Assembly: GCA_964592405.1 (NCBI GenBank)
Contig: CAZQBY010000010.1
Span: 1-44,973, forward strand
Direction: 5' to 3'
Length of the DNA: 44,973 nt
From: an uncultured archaeon
GTDB taxonomy: Archaea > Altiarchaeota > Altiarchaeia > JAFGQM01
The notes under the pieces were generated by a model. The model did no database searches, had not been told where the DNA came from, and saw only the letters and a list, made by a program, of their open reading frames with translations. Of the stretch, positions 22,489 through 30,056 are shown piece by piece (the stretch's first letter is position 1; each line of letters begins with the position of its first letter). The translations under genes and the position numbers were made by a program.

Positions 22489-23985
22489 CTATGGCGGGCA
22501 ACTCAGGAGTGGCCTGACTTCAAATTCCCTTCCCCTCCCCCCAATATAGAGTTTTGCTTTTCTTGGACCGATTACATGAAAGCGGTGTATGACCCTGCTT
22601 TCTAGGGGCATCGGTAGCTCATCTTCATTCACAAAGATCGCCCCCGGGTGGTTGGTTATCAGCTTGTTTATTATCTCAGCCTGCATTATTCCATTTCCAA
22701 ACCATTCCATGTTTATGATTATGGGCAGTATATGCTCCATTCTCTTCTCTTCTATCTCAGAAAGCGATCCTGAGATCCTGAGCTCCTCTATAGCGTCCAG
22801 CAAATATAGCATGAAGGCAAGCCGCTTTCTCTTGTCCAGCTTCAGCATTGATATGTAAACGGTTTTGTTATCCTTGACCCAATTGTATATCATATCTCTG
22901 GTATTGGCTGTTTTTGTAAATATATCCCCATAGACCTTCTTTACAGTCCGCAGAATCCTAAGGGCTCGTGCCTTTGTCCGCTTGGTACCCTCCTCACCGG
23001 ATTTTATATCATCAATAATGCTCTCCACATTTTCAAGAGCCGCGGACTTCTGCAGTTTGTTCACGGATTGAAGTATCATTGTTGAGGCATCATCTGTTCC
23101 CAGCCCAAATAGCCTCCAGATGAATTGGGGGCTGGCCTGATTCAGGTTTATCCTAAACTTGGACTCCGGTTCTGATGGATCATATCTCTCCAGAGTGAAG
23201 CCCACATTATGGCTCTCAAGACCATATTTGCTGTAGTCATATGGATATGGGTTTGCCTGATCCAGCTTTAATGGGCACTTGCTGGAATCCAATATGAGCG
23301 GTATGGGCGACGCATCTATTATGGCATACTCGGCAAGCATCTGGGCTAGGTAGTTCCTTTCCTCCTCCGTTCCTTTTTTAATCGAGGTAAAACTCTCAAA
23401 TATGGTTTCTTCAACATTTACTATTCCATCCTTCGACTCTCCAATTGCAAAAACATCCAGCCTTTCCTTTTTGGGTTCCTCTCCCTGAGGAGCTATGCTC
23501 AGAAGGCTCAGGAGTATGGTCGGATTGCCCAAGATACTTGCAGAGTCCTGATAGGATGCATCCTTCAGGTCTATGACCTCCACCTTGTTTCTTTTGGCAA
23601 CCCTCTTTATTTCCTCTACCTTTTCGTTCAGACTCATAACCTTCTGAAAGACCACAGAGCCTATCTCCCTGCTTCCAAAGTCTACAGTGGTCGGTGGATT
23701 CAGAAGTATAAGGTAGGTTACATTTCTTCCCGGTATATACTGCTTTAGAATATTGATGTTCATGTCTCTGAGCTGCCCCTCTATCCTCTCTATACCCTTC
23801 GGGACAAGAAGGATCTTGTCCACTCTGATCATTATCCAGCTAACCTCACCAAATTTGGGGAAGATGGTTGTAAGCAGGACTTTGTCCTCGTTCTCATATA
23901 CTGCTACATTGAACTGGTTCCACACACCTCCAAACAGCCGCTCCCACGGCCCTCCGGGAAGGTTCCAGACGCTCTTGGATACCAT
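22489..23985 (-). CDS. Uncharacterised protein of about 499 aa (the ORF track extends it by 6 codons to 24003)
   Basis: A long uninterrupted ORF with no recognisable catalytic motif and no Walker A. The likely start is MVSKSVWNLPGG at 23985. The spacer to the divergently oriented gene is 42 nt and contains TTTAATAAAA. Confidence 0.6.
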   Translation of the reverse strand: MVSKSVWNLPGGPWERLFGGVWNQFNVAVYENEDKVLLTTIFPKFGEVSWIMIRVDKILLVPKGIERIEGQLRDMNINILKQYIPGRNVTYLILLNPPTTVDFGSREIGSVVFQKVMSLNEKVEEIKRVAKRNKVEVIDLKDASYQDSASILGNPTILLSLLSIAPQGEEPKKERLDVFAIGESKDGIVNVEETIFESFTSIKKGTEEERNYLAQMLAEYAIIDASPIPLILDSSKCPLKLDQANPYPYDYSKYGLESHNVGFTLERYDPSEPESKFRINLNQASPQFIWRLFGLGTDDASTMILQSVNKLQKSAALENVESIIDDIKSGEEGTKRTKARALRILRTVKKVYGDIFTKTANTRDMIYNWVKDNKTVYISMLKLDKRKRLAFMLYLLDAIEELRISGSLSEIEEKRMEHILPIIINMEWFGNGIMQAEIINKLITNHPGAIFVNEDELPMPLESRVIHRFHVIGPRKAKLYIGGRGREFEVRPLLSCPP

Positions 23986-24027
23986 TTTAATAAAACAATG
24001 CATAATTATAGTTGTTTGACTAAAAAG

Positions 24028-24954
24028 ATGAGTGGCTCCAAACCTGAAGAACTAGTTGCTAAGCTCTATGAGGATGGTATGAGTGATGACGAGGTAAGGG
24101 AGCAGCTGACGGATTTCGGCCTGTCGGGCAGGGAGATACGTCACCTCATAAAGAAGGCAAAAAAATTGATTAAGGAAGGCAAGACCCGGGCGAAAGGGCC
24201 GGCCGGGGGGCCTGATGAGGAACCCAAATCACCAGTTCCCGCGGAGCCTGATCCCATGATACAACAACTTATGAAGGAGGCTAGAGAATCATCGGCCACC
24301 AGTGAGTCCGGCCCAGCCGAGTTAGAGCCTTTTGAACCTGAAACCCAGGCAGTTCCCGGGGAGGAAACCGGCGGCTTTGAGGAGTCCAAGGAAGTAGAAG
24401 AAGGGGTCAAAAAACCAGTAGAAAAAGAAGAAAAACCCAAGAAGGGCGGCTTTCTCTCAGGACTCTTCAAAGAAAGAAAAAAAGAGAGCACTGAGAAGGA
24501 GGAGAGGATTTCAAGGGCGGAGCGCCGTTCTTCCAGAAGGGCTCACGATGCTGAATATATGGCCAAGATGAAACGCCTGAGCATGATAAAGGAGGCCATA
24601 TCCAAACCTGTTGCCATGCCCAAGGAACCGGAAGCAGCTCCGGCGGAGAAGACAGAAGAAGGGATTGAGAAAGTGCCCGAGATGGAAGTGCCTTTGGAGG
24701 GCGCTACTGCAAAAGAAGGTGTGGAAGAAAGGAGCGAGGATGTGGAAGAAAGGGGCGATGTAAAGGAAACATCTGAAAAGGTCACAACTAAGGCTCTAAC
24801 TACAGAAGAAGAGAAAAAAATGGACGAAGAAACTGCAAAAAAGCTGATGGATGGAATGGACAAGCTAGAGACTGAAATGGGCGAGATCAAGCAGTTGCTT
24901 GATACCCTGCGCGAGCTGAATATTAAGCTGATTGAGCTCATGGAGAAAAAGTAG
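24028..24954 (+). CDS. Acidic E/K/P-rich protein: small N-terminal domain, long disordered linker, C-terminal coiled coil
   Basis: MSGSKPEELVAKLYEDGMSDDEVREQLTDFGLSGREIRHLIKK, then a low-complexity acidic region, ending DKLETEMGEIKQLLDTLRELNIKLIELMEKK. It is divergent from the 499-aa gene. Confidence 0.55.
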   Translation: MSGSKPEELVAKLYEDGMSDDEVREQLTDFGLSGREIRHLIKKAKKLIKEGKTRAKGPAGGPDEEPKSPVPAEPDPMIQQLMKEARESSATSESGPAELEPFEPETQAVPGEETGGFEESKEVEEGVKKPVEKEEKPKKGGFLSGLFKERKKESTEKEERISRAERRSSRRAHDAEYMAKMKRLSMIKEAISKPVAMPKEPEAAPAEKTEEGIEKVPEMEVPLEGATAKEGVEERSEDVEERGDVKETSEKVTTKALTTEEEKKMDEETAKKLMDGMDKLETEMGEIKQLLDTLRELNIKLIELMEKK

Positions 24955-24985
24955 GGTTTATAAAGCCCCAAACCGAATTTATAGT

Positions 24986-25642
24986 ATGGCCATAAAGACC
25001 TCCCACCTGCTGGGCCTCCTGACACTGGGATTCATAATACTCCTGATAGGCTGGCCCTGGTGGCTTGGTATAGGAATAATCCTCCTGTCAATGGCTGTAG
25101 CAGTTAGTGGTGAGAGCGAGGAGCCGGCACCCATGCCCGTGCCTGTGGAGAGGGCTGGTCAGGCTGCAGTGGCCGGAGTGGCGCAACCCGGTTCACAGCA
25201 GGCCGCACAGGCCGAGCCAAAGTACTTCGACGATTGGGGTGAAGACCAGCCAAACTGGACATTTCCGGACATAAGCAAGGACCTGAAGTTCAAGATATCT
25301 ACACCCTCGGATGCCATAGGTGATATGAAGACTATGAAGGACCCATATCATGATGGTGTGGATCACATAGGCGCGGTTGGTGCCAGAACCGGTACATTTA
25401 CCCTCGACCCGAATAATATAATCAGGTTCAAGGACGATTTTAGGATAAAGATAGATCAGATGAGTAAGGAATCAGGTGTTAGTGATGAGGGCCAGATGGG
25501 ATGGGAAAAGGGTGCATATACCTTCAGACTCTACTACAGAACCTCCCCAAAGAGGGCTTGGCCGCGCAGGACAGCTCTTCAATGGAAAGCTCCCCCACCA
25601 GGATACAAGCCAAAGCGCGTTGAATATGCATCATATGATTGA
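24986..25642 (+). CDS. Membrane protein (2 N-terminal TM helices plus a soluble domain of about 150 aa)
   Basis: The likely start is MAIKTSHLLGLLTLGFIILLIGWPWWLGIGIILL. The ORF-track start at 24932 overlaps the upstream gene. It is followed by genes coupled through an ATGA overlap. Confidence 0.5.
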   Translation: MAIKTSHLLGLLTLGFIILLIGWPWWLGIGIILLSMAVAVSGESEEPAPMPVPVERAGQAAVAGVAQPGSQQAAQAEPKYFDDWGEDQPNWTFPDISKDLKFKISTPSDAIGDMKTMKDPYHDGVDHIGAVGARTGTFTLDPNNIIRFKDDFRIKIDQMSKESGVSDEGQMGWEKGAYTFRLYYRTSPKRAWPRRTALQWKAPPPGYKPKRVEYASYD

Positions 25643-26082
25643 TGATGAACCTGTCGATAATCGTTGTCATTGCCGGAGTATTCTTCCTGCTTATGCCGCA
25701 GACTATGTGGATTGGGTTGGCGTTCTTGGCCCTGGGGACAATCACCTATCTAGTATTTCAGAAGAAGCCGGCAGGTATGCCTGTTGGCCGTCCGAGATAT
25801 CTTTCAGCTTGGCCGCAGATTGCTCCACAGCAGCAAGCGGGTGTTGGCTGGTCCATCAAGAGACCGCTGGGCGGGGAAAGGAACCCTGTAGCCCTAGCCC
25901 GGAACCCGTTGGAGCAGCCAGAAAGTGGTCCCAAGCTGGAAAATGGTGTGTTTAGCCTTCCACTCCCAATGAACAACGAGGTGGCCCAGTTCGTGAACTT
26001 GAAGTATAAAGTGCCAACCAAGGCCAAGGGTTTCACCGAGGAGGCTGAGAAACCCTCTCACCCACTAATACCAGGGTTTTAA
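25639..26082 (+). CDS. Small membrane protein (2 TM) with a Pro/Gln-rich tail
   Basis: MMMNLSIIVVIAGVFFLLMPQTMWIGLAFLALGTITYLVF... There is a 4-nt overlap with the upstream gene. Confidence 0.5.
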   Translation: MMMNLSIIVVIAGVFFLLMPQTMWIGLAFLALGTITYLVFQKKPAGMPVGRPRYLSAWPQIAPQQQAGVGWSIKRPLGGERNPVALARNPLEQPESGPKLENGVFSLPLPMNNEVAQFVNLKYKVPTKAKGFTEEAEKPSHPLIPGF

Positions 26083-26117
26083 CATTTATTAAGCTTTTGC
26101 CATTAACTTAAAACAAG

Positions 26118-26417
26118 ATGAACACAGTCCTGGTATTGGTCATGCTCATACTGCTTATCTTTGCCCTGAAGGAGGGTATGGTGTGGGTTGCTCTTGGCGT
26201 GGGTCTGATTATGGTCCTCGTTGCGACGAGTGATGAGGCCGGCAAGAAGAGAGACCGGTTTGTATATCCAAGCGATCAACTGCCGACCATTGAATCTCCT
26301 AAGGAACAGATGCTGAGGGTTAAATACCAGCCTAAGTGGGACGGTAATAACTGGTGGGAAGAGATAGCAGACCACTGGGGCACATCCATAGGCAGAACTA
26401 TAGGCCTGCTGCGATAG
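26118..26417 (+). CDS. Small membrane protein (2 TM)
   Basis: MNTVLVLVMLILLIFALKEGMVWVALGVGLIMVLVAT... It lies on the same strand, 36 nt after the previous gene. Confidence 0.45.
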   Translation: MNTVLVLVMLILLIFALKEGMVWVALGVGLIMVLVATSDEAGKKRDRFVYPSDQLPTIESPKEQMLRVKYQPKWDGNNWWEEIADHWGTSIGRTIGLLR

Positions 26418-26447
26418 CCTCTGTTGAATCCAGTCCAAATATTCAAA

Positions 26448-27707
26448 TCATCCAAAGATAGCGTCTATACGGTCTATGGCCTCTGATACCAGAGTTTTCC
26501 TGACCAAGGAGTTCAGGAACGGGGTGTCCATGTTTGAAATTGCCAGCCTGACATCACTCTGCTCTACGGTATCATGTCCGTAAATGGCTGCTATCAATCT
26601 TGAGAGTGGGTCCAGGTATACAATCATACCATTGGAGAGCAACAGGGTTTCTATGGCATAATCAACAATCAGGACGCCCTTGTAATCCAATAAGTATTCC
26701 GCGAGGTAGGCCACACTCATCTGGAAGCCAACACGCCTTACCAGAAGCTTCATGTAATCTGCCAGCTCCTCAAGTGCTCCTTCCGAATAGCAAAGGCTCT
26801 CAAATGTGTTCCACCTGTATGAGTTTCTGCCAGCCCTGACTGACCACCAGCCGGCCCTGACGGGTAACCGCATAACCTTTTTGCCCTTGGGCAGAAAGAT
26901 TATATTATCAAGATCCCTGAAAACGTTCCTCCAGCGGTCTTTTGATGGCGAATAATCCAGAATACCTGTGATATTGGGAATCCTCTTCAATATCCTCTTA
27001 TCCTGCATTGTGGCATCAGCCGTGTCATAGGGTTCGCCTGTTATGACGCCATGGCTCGCCAGCGTGACTTGATCCGACCATGCTCTGATGGTTTCTATCA
27101 TATTCCCGGGTTCTTTCACCCTCCCTAGGAGATCTACGGCCTTGTCCATGAATCTGAGCTTCCTGTGCCTCTCCATAAACGCAGGAGGATATGTTGCCCT
27201 GATATGCTCGGCCAGGGTTTTCCTTCTCTTCAGGGCCATGAGCGTAGCCTTTCCATTCTCTGTGTGCATGGCAATGCTCCTTTCTATGTCACGCCTTTTA
27301 ATCCTCGGCTGTGATGGGGAGCCAACCTGGGGACATTTGAGACTTATGTCCACAACCAAATTGTTGTCAAATCCCGGAGTCACCATTAGGGGATAAGAAC
27401 GGCATACCGTCGGCCGGTTCTCATACATGTGGCACAAACCATCTCTCCCCAGTTTCTCACAAAAACCATCGGGTCCAAGCCTCAGGATGGGCCGGGTTGT
27501 ATATCCCCCCAGAGCAGGATAGGCTATCTGTCCATCCAGGCCTGCCTTTTCAAGCCTTTCTATGTCCAGATGAGACAATTCGACCGTGATGCAACATATA
27601 CCACACTTCTCGCAGTTATGTGTTATACCAATTGGAAAGACCGACTCCCATGGAATCTCCCTTCTGCCTATCTTGGTTTTTCCATGGAAATACCTAACCC
27701 CGGTCAT
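26448..27707 (-). CDS. CxxCxxCC (YkgJ/UPF0153-like) putative Fe-S or Zn-binding domain protein with a C-terminal extension of about 300 aa
   Basis: The N-terminal HNCEKCGICCITVE...GFCEKL..GLCHMYENRPTVCRSYP matches the CxxCxxCC putative metal-chelating domain. The remainder has no recognisable domain. Confidence 0.65.
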   Translation of the reverse strand: MTGVRYFHGKTKIGRREIPWESVFPIGITHNCEKCGICCITVELSHLDIERLEKAGLDGQIAYPALGGYTTRPILRLGPDGFCEKLGRDGLCHMYENRPTVCRSYPLMVTPGFDNNLVVDISLKCPQVGSPSQPRIKRRDIERSIAMHTENGKATLMALKRRKTLAEHIRATYPPAFMERHRKLRFMDKAVDLLGRVKEPGNMIETIRAWSDQVTLASHGVITGEPYDTADATMQDKRILKRIPNITGILDYSPSKDRWRNVFRDLDNIIFLPKGKKVMRLPVRAGWWSVRAGRNSYRWNTFESLCYSEGALEELADYMKLLVRRVGFQMSVAYLAEYLLDYKGVLIVDYAIETLLLSNGMIVYLDPLSRLIAAIYGHDTVEQSDVRLAISNMDTPFLNSLVRKTLVSEAIDRIDAIFG

Positions 27708-27754
27708 AATGTATGATTAGGAAGTCCTCTATAAAAAGATTTGAATGAGTTAGG

Positions 27755-28105
27755 TTAATAGCCCATCGGCAGCCCCAGGCCCCCCATGTCAACGCCCCCC
27801 ATTCCATAGGCGTCCATGCCGCCTGCCTGAGATTCCTCCTTGCCGTGAAGAACGAATATTATAAACAACCCACCAGCGATGAGGAGGGCATAAAGCATAT
27901 AATCTGTGCTGCCGGACTTGGAGGCCTCATAGCCGACGTATAAAACCCCCAACGCGATTATGGCGACTATTATATGGTGGGCCCCACCCATCATTATCAG
28001 GAAGATGGCACCAACCCCAATCCCCATATACATCAACGTCTGGTTACCAGAAGTAAGGGCCAGGCCCATGAGGATAAGGAAAAGCAAAAAGGTGGAGGAG
28101 TCCAT
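27755..28105 (-). CDS. Small membrane protein (3 TM) with a Gly/Met-rich C-terminal tail
   Basis: ...GGMDAYGMGGVDMGGLGLPMGY. It is the third gene of the minus-strand operon. Confidence 0.5.
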   Translation of the reverse strand: MDSSTFLLFLILMGLALTSGNQTLMYMGIGVGAIFLIMMGGAHHIIVAIIALGVLYVGYEASKSGSTDYMLYALLIAGGLFIIFVLHGKEESQAGGMDAYGMGGVDMGGLGLPMGY

Positions 28106-28112
28106 CTTCTAC

Positions 28113-28454
28113 TCATTTTTTGCCCGGATAATTGATCCAGCTGCCTGTCCCACCAGTGGGTATCGGCGCAGGATACATCATTCCTTGGGGCGGATTCCTC
28201 AAGAAGCCCATATAAGCCCTGGTCATCTGGCCCTCCACTACCCCTGCTGTAAACCCTCCTATAAACAAATAGCCAAACATCACGAAGAAGAACAGAAACG
28301 CTATCCAAACATGTTGAAAGAATATAAAAAAGACTATAAACGCGGATATTGTTATGCCCAGCACTCTTGACTGGGTAGATTCCCTGACCTTGCGGAAAAG
28401 GTATATCAGGGCTATGATACATATCAGTAGGTGGAGGTCTTCAAAGAGGCCCAT
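28113..28454 (-). CDS. Small membrane protein (3-4 TM) with a Pro/Gly-rich tail
   Basis: MGLFEDLHLLICIIALIYLF...NPPQGMMYPAPIPTGGTGSWINYPGKK. It lies 7 nt upstream of the next gene. Confidence 0.5.
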   Translation of the reverse strand: MGLFEDLHLLICIIALIYLFRKVRESTQSRVLGITISAFIVFFIFFQHVWIAFLFFFVMFGYLFIGGFTAGVVEGQMTRAYMGFLRNPPQGMMYPAPIPTGGTGSWINYPGKK

Positions 28455-28545
28455 ATTATCTTTATTGCAGGTTGTTTAAAAATCAGGCTTCTCAATCAGT
28501 CTGTGGCTGGGTTCTTGATATAGAGACTGGAGGCATGAAAGCGCA

Positions 28546-29784
28546 TCACATCCTGTATCCGCATCTCGCACAAAACATATAGTCCGGCTCAACAGCGGCC
28601 CCACATTTTGGACACACACTAACTCCCTCTGCCCGTTTCTCTCCAGCACTTTTCTTGGATGGTACCTCCTTAGACTTCTCGCCTCTCAGGATAATAATCA
28701 TAGTGACAATCACCACCAAGGCGATGGTGATGACAATAATGGCAATAATGGGCAATGTATTATCCCCAGTTTGTGTTGTTTGTACCCTCCATGGGGGTGT
28801 ACAGTCTTGTGGACAGTTGCAGTAATTCTCCCCCTTGCCACACTCATTGTTACCGCATCTGGCGCAAACAGGGCTTCCATTACATGGTTCATCCGGACAC
28901 CTGCCATCATCCTGTGGCACCTCACAGCCTATCTGTTCAAGCCCCTCGCAGCAACCGAGAGCTACAGGATATGTAGTGATGCTCTGGCCCTCGGCTACAC
29001 ATTCTGGTATGAGGCCGAGATTTGGACAGTCCTCAGGACAAACGGTTCTGTTTTCTCCCTCTCCGCACACACCATCACCACAGACCACTTTCTCTTCTGG
29101 GCTTTCTTCACAGTCTTCGGGACATGTTCCTTCATCTTCTCCGAGAGAGGTATCACATATGCCGTCACCACACTCAAAGAACTTGCCTGATTCATCACCA
29201 ACAATGAACGTTACATATCTGTTTAAGAGCCGGAGGGCATATCTCCCCGGCTTCTCCGGTGTATAGGTGAGGATGCCCTGCCTGTCGGTGTGTGTTGATT
29301 CTATCAAAACACCATCCCTATATGTGGAGCTCACGAAGTCTGTTACCACTGTGATGCTTCCTCCCCAGTGTGTAGCCCCTCTAAGCTGTTCGGATTCCAT
29401 TCTCCCCCCATAATATATCTCCACATCACAGACTATCGGCTTGCCGTTTCGTGTATCGGTCACACTGAGCACAAATGGTTCCCCCACTCTCTTGTCTTTG
29501 GGCATCACGGTAAAAGTGGATGGCCAGTCTTCCTTGACACTCTTGGTTTTTATCGGCCGGCATTCCACCTGACATATCCTCTCATTAATGCACAACACAC
29601 TTTTGACTTCCCCCTCGCCGCAATACTCCTCGCCCGGTTTCATACATGCGGCGTTGCTGCCACAGCTGTATTCAAAGATTACACTGTCCTGTGTGGAGGT
29701 TATGATGTTAAACGAATAGGCTGATGCTAGGACTGTAGACACCATTAAAAACGCTACCAAATGTGATAAAATGCGCACGTCCAC
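28546..29784 (-). CDS. Type-I membrane/surface protein: signal peptide, beta-rich ectodomain, three Cys-rich repeats (CGDGxC...CPxDC), TM helix, cytoplasmic zinc ribbon
   Basis: There is a signal peptide MDVRILSHLVAFLMVSTVLASAYS. The repeats are CGDGICDTSLGEDEGTCPEDC, CGDGVCGEGENRTVCPEDC and CGNNECGKGENYCNCPQDC. The TM helix is LPIIAIIVITIALVVIVTMIIIL and the C-terminal zinc ribbon is CPKCGAAVEPDYMFCARCG. Confidence 0.65.
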   Translation of the reverse strand: MDVRILSHLVAFLMVSTVLASAYSFNIITSTQDSVIFEYSCGSNAACMKPGEEYCGEGEVKSVLCINERICQVECRPIKTKSVKEDWPSTFTVMPKDKRVGEPFVLSVTDTRNGKPIVCDVEIYYGGRMESEQLRGATHWGGSITVVTDFVSSTYRDGVLIESTHTDRQGILTYTPEKPGRYALRLLNRYVTFIVGDESGKFFECGDGICDTSLGEDEGTCPEDCEESPEEKVVCGDGVCGEGENRTVCPEDCPNLGLIPECVAEGQSITTYPVALGCCEGLEQIGCEVPQDDGRCPDEPCNGSPVCARCGNNECGKGENYCNCPQDCTPPWRVQTTQTGDNTLPIIAIIVITIALVVIVTMIIILRGEKSKEVPSKKSAGEKRAEGVSVCPKCGAAVEPDYMFCARCGYRM

Positions 29785-29946
29785 TCTGTCCCTTTTTTTG
29801 GATTTTTGGATTTATTATTGGACCTGCAATTAAAATGGCTCGGCAACCCCAAATCAATCTTTTTATATATTCCATCTCTAAATAGAGGCTTCTGACTAGC
29901 CGAATAAACAAGATGGGGGCCAACCCCCTTTAATGTCAAAACGCCG

Positions 29947-30034
29947 AAAGTCAGCAGCAGAAAGTCAGCAGCAGAAAAACTCAAAAAGATTCAAACGATT
30001 CAGACGATTCAAAAATTCAAAAGATTCAAAATAG
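29947..30034. repeat. Direct-repeat array in the ppdK upstream region: 14-bp AAAGTCAGCAGCAG x2, then about five copies of a 9-bp GATTCA(A/G)A(A/C) unit
   Basis: 29947-29960 and 29961-29974 are identical. 29986-30034 reads gattcaaac gattcagac gattcaaaa attcaaaa gattcaaaa, ending 23 nt before the ppdK ATG. AAAAACTCAA also occurs twice. Confidence 0.7.
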
Positions 30035-30056
30035 AAAAACTCAAGAGAGACCGAAA

